From the NCBI GenBank assembly GCA_040143965.1, contig JASJQH010000062.1, positions 1 to 35,895 of the forward strand: a stretch of DNA of 35,895 nucleotides, written 5' to 3'. Shown here piece after piece: positions 1-10,738 of this stretch; the first letter of the stretch is position 1, and each line of letters begins with the position of its first letter. Origin of the DNA: Basidiobolus ranarum (taxonomy: Eukaryota). The notes beneath the pieces were generated by a model that saw only the letters and a list, made by a program, of their open reading frames with translations, was not told where the DNA came from and ran no database searches. The position numbers were made by a program, and so were the translations under genes.

Positions 1-957
1 GTGATAAAATCGCAATTACATCAGCTGTGGCTTAGATATTTGGTACACATCAGCAGAGTATGATGATTGATGCATGTGCAAATTTTCAGTGCTTCTCATT
101 GGCTAGATCCCGAGATATTGACAATTTAAGCTGCTAAATAACAATTTTGCTTAAAAAAGTGGCTTAGCTAGTGGGTTGTTTTAGGTGCTACTTAGGGTAG
201 TCACGATCTAGGAGTTGGAAAAAGTTGCTACAAAGTGTGTAATGAAAGTAAATCCTTCACTGAGATTTGTGTAAAGTACCCTTGCCTCATGTAACATCTG
301 ACTGGGCTAGCAAGAAGCTCCAATACCTAGATTCTCTATCTGAAACTAATCAAATCACGATCAACACTAAGATGTAACCCTGCTTGCCATATTTGGTCTG
401 CTCGCAAGTATATATCTGTTGTAGCATAAGAAATTCACGGACAATAGAACAGCGGGTCAACAATACCGGAGGCTCTGATGCTGCTTGACTGCGATAGGAT
501 AGATGAATCCATACTTCTTTCTTTTGTATCCAGTAGAGTGCACATCGGCATTATCTTACTTAGATTGGGTATTTATGTAATCAGATCTATGTTAGGATGT
601 TGACTGTGAGTGATTTGTTCATAGTAATTGTACACAACCGCATGCGAGCTTCCATAAAAGGTGATTTTCGAATTGTAGTGCTGTTTCATCATACTGTTAT
701 CAGATCCTGAGTTGTTTTGTTAATATATATAGAAATTAAAAGCTACTTTAATCAAGAAAGTAGTACTTCCGTCACCCTAGCGAATCTAATCAGAATTTCG
801 AAATTGGTAGGTCGATGGAAAATATTGGTAATCTTTATAGCCATTCGAAATGGTTAAAACCTCCTTGGCCTGGAGAAATATTAATCATTACAGACAGTGT
901 GTAGTCATTTCGGCTACTTTTCATATTTGTTGAGTTTCCCCCAAGTTCGGGCCTAAT

Positions 958-2855
958 ATGACAGGATACATTATGTCCTTGTGCAATAGGCGGTTATTCT
1001 TCTCTTCTATGAGCTTAGGTAGAAAAATACCTGAATCTATGAATGTTGCTTTTCGTGAGAAAAGAGGCTCTGCAATCCGTCTATTTAATCAATACAAATT
1101 TCGCAGCATTCATTCTCGTTCTCTATTACACACGAGCAAAGTGATCTCACCAACAACATTACTTAGCCAACCGAAGCGGTATCCCCATTTATTAGTTCCA
1201 ATAGTCAACAAAAGATGGCATGCAGGTCATTCTCATGACCATTCGCACACTGAGGAACAGGCGCATTTAATGAAGGCCTTCAAGGGAGCTAAGGGTAATT
1301 GTGATGGATTATCTGACCAAATCTCTCTTATTAAAATTGTAATGTATTCACACCTTAATAGACCCAGGTTCAAGAATCACATTGATCGGAATGGGTGTCA
1401 ATGTCGGATTAACAGCACTCAAAGGAGTAGGCGGCTGGTAATTCCCTCTTTTGCTAGTTGTGACTCACCACTCACTTAGCATTCACTTTAACCACCATAT
1501 ATTTTCTCTTTAGGATGACTAACTCGGCTTCTTTAGTTGCTGACGCAGCTCATTCTTTGAGTGGTAAGTATTGAAATAAGGAAACTACTGCCTTTAGTAA
1601 ACGAAAACCAGATGTTTATTGTGTTTCGTGTATTAAATTTCGAGATATTTAACGAAATTTCATTGTTTTTTCCATCATTCAATATAGATTTAATCAGTGA
1701 TGTGGTCACTTTGTATACTTTCAATAAGGCACGTCAACCCTCCGATACAAAATATCCATTTGGATATGGTATGCTATCTTATTGAATGCATTGATCTTGA
1801 ATTTATGTCCCGTGTCATAACCATTGATTCGTTAGGTCGATATGAGGCCATTGGGACGCTTGGAGTGTCTTCGTTTTTGATCCTTGCCGCAGTAGGGATT
1901 GGCCAACACTCGATAGAGTTACTGATTGAAACATTGCCATATTTCGCGGAGTCCTTGGCTGCTACTGCACCCGTCGAGGTGGTCGAAGCAGGGTCCACTG
2001 TTGGATCATTGAAGCCAGTTGAAAGTGTATCACTTTCGCATTCACACGGACATCATGGTGCAATCAGTCCCAATGCCCTTTGGTTCGCTTTGATATCGGT
2101 GTTTGCAAAAGAAGCACTCTATCGAGCCAGTAAGTCATGAATTTCCAAGGCACTTCGTAAATCTTACTCATACATATCTCCATGTAGCCATTGTGACCGC
2201 CAAAAAAACTAACAGTCAAGTACTTGCCGCAAATGCTTGGTAAGTTGCTCAAATCAATCTAATTATGCAGTGAGCAGTTGGTCTTAACTAAATATCGATT
2301 TAGGCATCATCGAAGTGATGCATATTCTAGTATGGTTGCAGTTGGTATGTAAATCTTGGAAAACAATCTCGAATTAGATTATTCTGGTGGAGATACTGTT
2401 ACAGTTACAGTCATCGATACCGATATTAACATGGTTCCTCTTTTCTAGCCGCTATTATAGGAGCATACGCTGGGTTTCCCGCATTGGATCCCATTGGTGG
2501 AATCATCGTATCAGGAATGATATTAAAGAGTGGTGTAGGAATGGGCCTAGGTGCCCTTAAAGAGTTAACTGATGTTCGACTTAGCCCTGCAATTGCTCAC
2601 AAAGTAGAACATTTCATACTTGAATGTCAACCAGATCTTGGGACATATTTTGAGTTAGGACCACTACGCGGTCGTAAGACAGGCCCCTTCTATCACCTTG
2701 AGGTCACTCTACTTCCAGAGCCACAAACTACAATCGAACAGTTAAACAAGATACAACAAGTATTGAGAAAGAAAATTGGAGAGAATCATGATTTGAAAGA
2801 TTTCAAAGATATCGTATTTATTGTCGGGGAAAAGAGGGACACAACTACATTTTAA
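958..2855 (+). CDS. MMT1: Mitochondrial cation diffusion facilitator (MMT1/MMT2-like Fe/Zn-CDF), about 445 aa, 8 exons: 958-1294, 1362-1437, 1514-1563, 1688-1768, 1836-2129, 2188-2239, 2304-2344, 2449-2855
   Basis: Hand splicing at GT-AG sites gives one open frame: basic presequence-like N-terminus, HAGHSHDHSH, DPGSRITLIG, NSASLVADAAHSLSDLISD, YPFGYGRYE, ANAWHHRSDAYSS, LDPIGGIIVSGMI, LRGRKTGPF. Start ATG uncertain (958, 973 or later). Confidence 0.92.
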
Positions 2856-3466
2856 TGAAAATGAATCCCTCTGCACTACGATGTATACCATACATGTATC
2901 CTTCATCATTCTCAATCTTCAGTGATTTTAGCATTCATCTTTTTAATAATCACTCTTCCTTAGAAATAATGGTTAGGAATACCTTGTAACATTTCAAGGC
3001 TTCGAATAAATCAATGGGATTCTATAAGTTTACGCCAATTCCTCATCTTTCCATTCACATTAGGTATGTTGTGGATAGCAACCACATTATGGAATTGTTT
3101 ACTACCTAGAGAATGCGAACATAATACTTATCTGTCTGATTTAAGTGGTTATCAGTCAGAAGGAGGTAGGGATAGAATTTATCGGATATGATTGCTTGGT
3201 TTATTTGAAATATAATACATCTTTTTATAAATGAATTCCTGCATATGATAAATCGTCAAAATCTCCAAGTTAATCTACAAGTAAATTTCCTAGTAGAGTG
3301 ATTGGAGTCTTTAGGATGTGATATAGGTTTTGCTTAAGTAAGAATGAGTATGAGGATTACGTAAGCTTTGAAATGACTATTATATTACGAATATAACGTT
3401 TGATCAAGGAAGTGGACGTAGTATCCGAGCGGAGGATTGTTATATATATAAGGTCTTGGACAAGTG

Positions 3467-5393
3467 CTACGGAAATGTATAAATCTTGGGTTGTAGTGCA
3501 TAAGCTGCTTTCAATCCCTTTCTATTGATAAGCTGCTTGAAGTATAGACTAGGAATCTCATGAACCTTATGCCCAAATGATTCCCAGACTGCATCCACTC
3601 CAGCATTTTTACTCGTCATTTTTCGGCCGATGCATCCAATTGCCCAGTTATTAGCTGAAATCGCTGGTCGCGTTAGAATTAATTGGTTTGCTTCACAGTT
3701 CCATAATACCTAGAGATTAAAAATGGTTGAGTTGTAAAACTTCTGACCTCAAGTTCATTTAATATGAATTTACCTGAGTTACGCCAGCCCAGCCTTGACC
3801 GCTTCCAGCTAACAGTAAAGATCGATTCATTACTTTTCAATATACTGTGGCTCTTAATTGCTGACATATTTACACTTACCAGAGCCTCTATTCTCAACGC
3901 TTATTCTGCCATCTGTTTTAACGTTGTCGTAACTATAATCGTAAAAAATATTTGATTAATCCAAATAAGTCTCAGTCAATAGGACAGTAACTAAACCCTC
4001 ACAGTGTTCCAATCCCGAAATGATTGTGAGGTCCGATATCGGCGTATTGGTCAACACCAACAGCATAGCTAAACACATTCGGGCCTTGCACTCTTGATCC
4101 GGTGGAGAAAGCATGGCGGGATTTCCGAGAGAAAACTCTTAAAAATAGAGAACTCTGTCCATCGACTTGAAAAGAATATCTTCTAGCTCCTGTAATCATA
4201 GAGACAGGGTCGAGATCTGCTGAATCTTGAACTGTAACATATCTAGCACTAGGTCGAATATTAACACATCCATGAACAAAGTGCTTTGACACTATATCGC
4301 TGACCCATATGTTTTCGACTCCTCCTTCAATTATTACAGCATCCGTTGCATGCTTCTCATCCGAATCTTCTTGCCCTCTTACAAATTCGGATATAAACTG
4401 AAGGTTTTCAATGCCGATTTCTCGAATACGTTTGGGCTCATTGATACGTACGAATTCGGCACCACCATATCTGGCATCTAAAGACATAAGTAAGGGTGTA
4501 TCAATGGTGATTTTTTTGGTAGTTCGGTCGATATCTACGATACGCTTTTCGAATACGAAATCAAATCTCCCAGATTGCCATTGACGTACTCGTTTACCAT
4601 CACCACGAGTTGGCATGCGATCCATACCTATATCATCTAAAGGTATGTCTTAGCTAAGATGTATTTTTACTATCGATTTTACTAGCTACTTACGAATCCA
4701 ATTGGAGGGCGAGGGTCTATGGATAACAATGGTTTGCCCCACCTCCATATGTTTGTAAGAAGCAGACCACTCCACCTGAAATTCGGTAGCTCCGATAGGT
4801 ATTGGGGGGTCAGTAATTAAATAGACTTTACCACTATTACTCAGATTTCGGTAAGGTGGTAAATGTGGACCAGCAATCCTAATTAAAGGACGTAATTTCG
4901 TCCCAGTGGCAATGATAGTGGTAGTTTTGGCACTATCTCTTGTCAAATTTCCTGAAAATAGTTGATGGGCAGGGTTCTCTCCACATCCTTCTCCTCTTAA
5001 TACTACACCGTCTTTGTTTAAAACGAGAGTTTCAGAGACTCGATATATCCCCGCTTTTAATAGAACTGCTCCTCTTATACCATCGTTGCCCAGGGGTAAC
5101 GATCCTACTGCATTGATTGCCGCCTGTATACGTTGAGTGTCGTCTACAGCATTGGGATGAGGATATAATACTTTTACTACTGGAACTGAGGGAAAAGGTA
5201 CACCACCCCCTTTATATCCAGCATGGGAGAAGTCGGGGATTTTGTTCCCTTCAGCGTCTCCTCGATAGACTAATTTATCAGTCTCAAGGTCGTTATATAC
5301 CGAAAAGATCGATCCACTACCAGAAGGGGAACCATAAATTCCCCTTCCCATACGGTTAAACATAAGGAGAAACAGAAGAATATGGTAAAACAT
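3467..5393 (-). CDS. Bacterial-type right-handed beta-helix / pectate-lyase-superfamily-like protein, about 554 aa, 5 exons: 5393-4694, 4636-4003, 3932-3880, 3808-3774, 3709-3467; possibly secreted
   Basis: Splicing joins two track ORFs and three further exons into one frame. Motifs: IPDFSHAGYKGG, DDTQRIQAAIN, GAVLLKAGIY, GVVLRGEG, WIHDIGMD, RYSF, GPNVF, GPHNH, LYDNV, NRGSAGSGQGWAG, VLWNC, NWAIGC, WES, PSLY. Hydrophobic N-terminus MFYHILLFLLMF. Confidence 0.85.
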
Positions 5394-5939
5394 GGTAACA
5401 ACCGTACTTTGAACAAAGCCAAGTGAATATAAAGTTCGCTTTAAAAACTATAGAGAAATTCTAAATAAAGAGTAGCAGTTAAATTATGGGTCAAACTTTG
5501 AAGTGAATCAATGATGGATTATAAAGTAATTACGATGTTGGCTCAGCTTGGGCAATCTGATCTTGGTGATATGGAAAAGCCCATCGTGTATGGACTCGCT
5601 TAATTGGATAATGGATTTATATATGTACATTAATTCATTTTTCGCCCCATTGTTCAACATAGAATTCTTCTTACATGTGTTTCACTCGGCGCATCTCATT
5701 ACTGGGTATCCTCCACTGAATTTTAATTTGGTGTATTTGCCTGTGCCAAGGACAAGGAATATGTATATAGACTGAATCCAGAAAGTTGGCGCTGTTTTAT
5801 TGAATTTGGAAAGGCAAATATAACGAGTGATTAATGGTAAATAAATTGTCTTATAAGCCGTACTAAGGTTGTCATGCTATCGATGGTGTTGTTTTGTATG
5901 ATATATTCTTGGAATTCCGAAGGCGTTATCGAACTTGAC

Positions 5940-7622
5940 TTATAAACGCACAACATGAACGGTGAATCGACCAGAGTTGAATTTCGCTAATTTTTTCTGT
6001 ATCTTTGCCAAGGATTTCTCAACAAAAGATCCTTCAACTAACAGGCTTTGCTCAGGAAGTGTTAGAGTTAAAGCGCTGGGCTTATCATCTGAGCTTGAAG
6101 GAACGATGCTGAGATCCACATTGCGAATCAGATCCATTTCTAGGGGACATAATGCCACTAGAAAGCTAAGCATCTCGCCAATCAACTTGGCTCTTTTAAG
6201 AACCGGTTCAGGAACAATATGCTGAACTTGCTCTACCCTAGGAACTGACAACTCTGCGCCGTAACTGTGAGATAAGATTAGTGCAAGAAGAATACGCTCA
6301 TCATGTATCAGCCCAGGGAGGTTGCTGAGAAGACCACCGGTGAGTGGCAGTCTAAATGCGATATTGGCAGCGGACTCTTTAGGATATTTCAAAAGGTATC
6401 TGGACAAGTAAATTGCACTTTTAACGAGACGATCGTTCAGACAGCGTGCCACTATTGACTTTGAAGTTTTATCCTTGTATTGAATACTAATAAGTGGCTT
6501 AACAACTCTATAAACCTCAAGGACATCTTGATCTGTAGGAGGATTAAAAGATCCGGTGATGAACTCTTTGACTCCACTAATTACCGGGTCCTGGGCTTGT
6601 TCCTCTGAAGACATCAAGTCGAAATAGCTTCCTTGACGCACTCCTCCCTCAGAAAAATAAACATCTTCAACTTGGTTTAATACTTCTAAGGCTGCACTTA
6701 AAAGAACACAGCAGGCAGGTATCTGTTTGGCTCTTCGGTTAGAAATTCTAAATACGTCAAGCTGATCTGTAGCGATGTTGCTATTCTGAGATAAAAATTC
6801 ATCAATAGTTTTTTTCAACTCCTTAACTGAAATTCTGTATCCATTGATGATGGAGATCGGGTACTTGTGCTTCATCATTGACAAATACCCTAATGCTCGA
6901 AATCCACCTCCAGAAAGATATAGAGTTTTGCGCATAACACCGGAGACTTCGTTGGGAACTTTTATTTCTTTTAGGGAATGTTGCATCGCTTCCAAAATCT
7001 CCCGATATATCGCCTTGTGCTCTTCTTGGGTTTGACATTTTGTTAATCGACGAGCTAGTAAAGCCGCACCAAATGGTAATGATTGCGCGTTATCACTACT
7101 CATAGGAGGATTATCGGGATATTTTACCACATAATTAAGTTCTACACTACCACCTCCTAGATCCATAACAAAACCATCCACAGTAGTAAAGCTGGACATT
7201 ATTCCCAGAGCAGTCATTCTTGATTCCCCTTCTTTGGTTAGAAGTTCCACTTTCCAGCCTGTAGTCTGGTTTATTTGATCTTGAATTGCTTGGGAGTTTG
7301 GGGCAGTGCGTAATGCCTCCGTAGCAACGACACGTACTTTTTCCACACCTGCCTCGTTGCAGAGAGTTTGAAAGCGTTTGAAAGTGCGTACCAAGTCTCC
7401 GACAACCTCGGAGGAAATAGAAACTGGTTCTGTTTTGTCGGAACTGGTTGAATTGATCTCTTCGGGATTTTGAGCGTCAAACAAGGAGATTGGTGAGCGT
7501 TCTTCATAAATGATAGGTAAATGTCTAGCCAGAGTAGAGAAAATGCAGAAGCGGATCCCATTGGAGCCGACGTCTACGATGGCTACAGGTCTTTGGCGCG
7601 GTGAAAAGGTTTGTGTGGACAT
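5940..7622 (-). CDS. RTG2: Retrograde regulation protein 2 (Ppx/GppA phosphatase family), 560 aa, intronless
   Basis: Motifs AIVDVGSNGIRF, LARHLPIIYEER, VVATEALR, MDLGGGSVEL, SLPFGAA, YLSGGGFRALG, YPISIINGY, FSEGGVRQG, as recalled for fungal Rtg2. Confidence 0.9.
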   Translation of the reverse strand: MSTQTFSPRQRPVAIVDVGSNGIRFCIFSTLARHLPIIYEERSPISLFDAQNPEEINSTSSDKTEPVSISSEVVGDLVRTFKRFQTLCNEAGVEKVRVVATEALRTAPNSQAIQDQINQTTGWKVELLTKEGESRMTALGIMSSFTTVDGFVMDLGGGSVELNYVVKYPDNPPMSSDNAQSLPFGAALLARRLTKCQTQEEHKAIYREILEAMQHSLKEIKVPNEVSGVMRKTLYLSGGGFRALGYLSMMKHKYPISIINGYRISVKELKKTIDEFLSQNSNIATDQLDVFRISNRRAKQIPACCVLLSAALEVLNQVEDVYFSEGGVRQGSYFDLMSSEEQAQDPVISGVKEFITGSFNPPTDQDVLEVYRVVKPLISIQYKDKTSKSIVARCLNDRLVKSAIYLSRYLLKYPKESAANIAFRLPLTGGLLSNLPGLIHDERILLALILSHSYGAELSVPRVEQVQHIVPEPVLKRAKLIGEMLSFLVALCPLEMDLIRNVDLSIVPSSSDDKPSALTLTLPEQSLLVEGSFVEKSLAKIQKKLAKFNSGRFTVHVVRL

Positions 7623-7873
7623 AAGTGAGGTTTGTCTATCCTTGAATTCTCGAATTGGCGAATATTGGTTATGAAGGGTACTTGGAGGGGAATTGAATAT
7701 TAGGCGATTTCTATTTTTAAAGATGACAAGGCAAATCTGGTCTTCATAAATTGCGCATACAAGAATGTCGTAACCATAGATTTGATTACATTTTATGAAA
7801 GAAATTCACTTTGCTGATGTGACTAAGTGGTTCTCTTGTGATGTGATGTTGTACCAAGCATTTATTTTATTGG

Positions 7874-7880
7874 TGAGTCA
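7874..7880. promoter_or_regulatory. TGAGTCA Gcn4/CpcA/AP-1-type site about 250 nt upstream of RTG2; variant TGACTAA at 7820-7826
   Basis: Exact consensus match. A 7-mer occurs by chance (others at 25298 and 25723), so function is unproven. Confidence 0.3.
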
Positions 7881-10390
7881 GTGATAGGGATTTTGATACC
7901 CATTATAATGGTGGTGCAACCAACACTTATTCAAGGATATGGTCACTGGATAACCATATTAAGTCAGGCTTAACTCAATGGTGTTGCTTTCAATTTCCAA
8001 ATAAGATACTAGATAAGAAATCATTGGTATGACCAAGCATCATATGGACTGAATAAGGCTAGGTATTATTATGAGATTTGAGGGAATGTAGTGGTGATTA
8101 TAACACCTTAAATACTAGGGCAGAGACCACACAATGGCCTATTTGGAAAGTGTGAGCATGAAAGCAAACTCTGAGGTTATTGCAAATATTTATTTGGTGA
8201 TAAAAGCGATTTGAATGATGTGAAGATGCGTCAGTTCTTAGTAAGCTTTACGTAAGGTGCAGAAATAAATCCAACTAAAAAGTTCAGCATTTAAGATTAA
8301 ACAGGACTTTAGAATTTCTTATTGCTATATGCATACAATTAGTTCGTATTATTTTTATTGTATGTATATATACAAACGCTCTTTCCGCCTACCTTCAGCT
8401 ACTAATTTAGCTGAGTTTCGAATATATTAAGAATTTCTATAGGACTATTATATCCTTTTTACCTACCTAGTTTACGCATTCCAAACCCTGAAGCGGTATT
8501 ATAAGAGCCATCAGGCATTTCCATTTTACTTAGACGATCTGAGTGTAACTGGCTAATGTTACCCAGTTTTTTCTATTACTATTTAGTGCATGAATTACTG
8601 GGGTTCAAGACCACATTACGGACTATAGCGTTGCTTAAAGTATTCATATTTTTTTATTCAAAGCGCCAGTATATAATGGTAAAGATGCGTTGCTAGAGGG
8701 TTCAGAAAATAGAAATAAATTGGTGGGGTTCGCCCTGGTATAGGCACATTGCCTTTTCCAAACGTTCCTAAGCTACACTCCGAATGTATGATCCAGTATC
8801 AACTTCAAAAATAGTATAACGTAAGCAATACTCTTACTGAACATGATATACGCAAATTCAGGAGCCTAACTATAATAGTCCAGCATAACTGATGGCTTGA
8901 TCGCTAAATCTACGAACTATTTCGGATATATCCGGAATACACACAGGAGTACTGCAATTTAGCAAATTTATATGGAATATATTACTCTTAGATGCAAATA
9001 CACATCGGTAGTAATATCCTGAATGCTCAATGGTATCTGCATAATCGAAGTGCTCCACCTGCAATTCAGACCTTTGCAAGATCCTCGTTATCGCTGAGAA
9101 ATCCCATACACCAATAAAGTAAAAGTCACATCCACACTAGCGAGAGAACATTCAAAATATACAGTAATTACTTTGGGCGTTAATAACAACTAGTTAAGTG
9201 GTGTTGTTTCATGGATAAAGACCTGGAATCTAGGGATAAACCAAAGTTAATTTCAACTATTTGAAGGCTTTTAAAATTTGGGCTGATCATCCCCCACAAT
9301 AATATAATTATTATTAATAATGGCGAGTTTCGTTCACTTTCAGACTACATTCTCTTGTTATAGACATAGCTCAGTACGAGTCTAGATCTCATTGTCATTG
9401 GTACTGGCATTTGATCTCTGCTGCCATAAACCTTTAATTTATTACTGGAATAAGTAAAAGCTATAGTACTAGATTTAGTGGCTAGACAGTTTCGGGCCGT
9501 GAGACAGAGTTTAAGCGATATGGGTGGAAAAATGGTAACAGAAGTCGCTAATTCCAAAAGTTAGGCAGGAGACTTCCAAGCCTTGAGTTCAAACTGCCTA
9601 TTGAAGCCGTACAGTAAGCAGGTTTTAAAACCTCTATCTCTGTACCTTTTATCTAATTGCATACACAGTATACCGGCCAGCCTGCTGCCAGTAATCGGGT
9701 GGAAGCCTATTATAGATGAGTGCAGTTACCTGCGCTTACATGTACCCCTATGCTGTGTAGTAAGCAGCGATCACGATGCATTCGCTCCAAAACATTCGTC
9801 GATTCAGTGCTTTTCATCTCCGATGTTTCTACTCTGTCTTACAAATTTAAATCGTACTTTCCCAGTGTCTAGAATGAACCTCAATACATTCCAGTGAGGC
9901 TTGTGCAAAGTAGTACTCCTATATCGCCAAGCCAAGATGAATGCCAGACAGCAGCTATAGCACCAAATCTTCTGCAAGCTATCGGCTGCTTGAACCCAGT
10001 GTCCAATATGCCTTCTCGAAAATTGTATTGTGCTTTTTCAATAACTGGGCATTATAAATATATATAGTTCACCGATTTATTTATTTAGATTATGAAATAT
10101 CAATGTTGCAACCAGCATTGAAAGGAATGTTAATCATTGGTCCGCACCAAGGTGGAAGCAGTTGCAAACCACCTCAGGCGGCGCTTGTATTTATTAAGGA
10201 AGGTCTCGAAATATGCACTTGGTACGATAACGAAGTGCCGAATCAGCGGTATAAAGAAAATATTTGTTGTAAGAGTTGGTTTTATATTAAATTAATTTTG
10301 GTTAGAGATGGTAAACATGTACATATATGACTGAGTTCATTATATTACAAAATGCATGCAATTTAAGATAAGCTAAAATTCCAATTGGCT

Positions 10391-10651
10391 TCAGTTTAAA
10401 AGCTCTTTTGGAGTGAGGGTAAAGCGAAGTGTGGTTACATGCTGATCAAGAAAATTAAGAGAAAACCCTTCTTGAACCACTCGATCAAAATTAGGCGAGC
10501 TCCGTATCACATATAAAGCTTCTTCAAGAGCGAGCTTTGACTCTTGGTTTTCGGCTAGACCTGATCGTTCTGATTTGCGTTCGAATAAATGGAAGCGTTT
10601 ACAAAAGGCCTCTGCTATCAAAATACCCTTTGATCTGTTTTGTTTACTCAT
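10391..10651 (-). CDS. Small hypothetical protein, 86 aa, ending TLRFTLTPKELLN
   Basis: ATG-initiated ORF with plausible protein composition, TATAAATA 80 nt upstream, C/A-rich leader and AT-rich 3' region. Confidence 0.6.
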   Translation of the reverse strand: MSKQNRSKGILIAEAFCKRFHLFERKSERSGLAENQESKLALEEALYVIRSSPNFDRVVQEGFSLNFLDQHVTTLRFTLTPKELLN

Positions 10652-10730
10652 AGTACTAACGATTAAAGTGAACTTTGGTGAATTTGAAGAGGTGGATGTG
10701 TATGTTGAGGATTAAGCAAATAAGCAGGTA

Positions 10731-10738
10731 TATTTATA
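10731..10738 (-). promoter_or_regulatory. TATA box (TATAAATA) of the 86-aa gene
   Basis: Canonical TATA sequence on the minus strand, 80 nt before ATG 10651. Confidence 0.5.

Noticed and set aside
8663-8747. tRNA-Gly-like fragment (GCGCCAGT..AATGGTAAA..CGTTGC...GGTTCG)
   Set aside because: I could not fold a cloverleaf; anticodon, T and acceptor stems do not pair. tRNAscan-SE would settle it.
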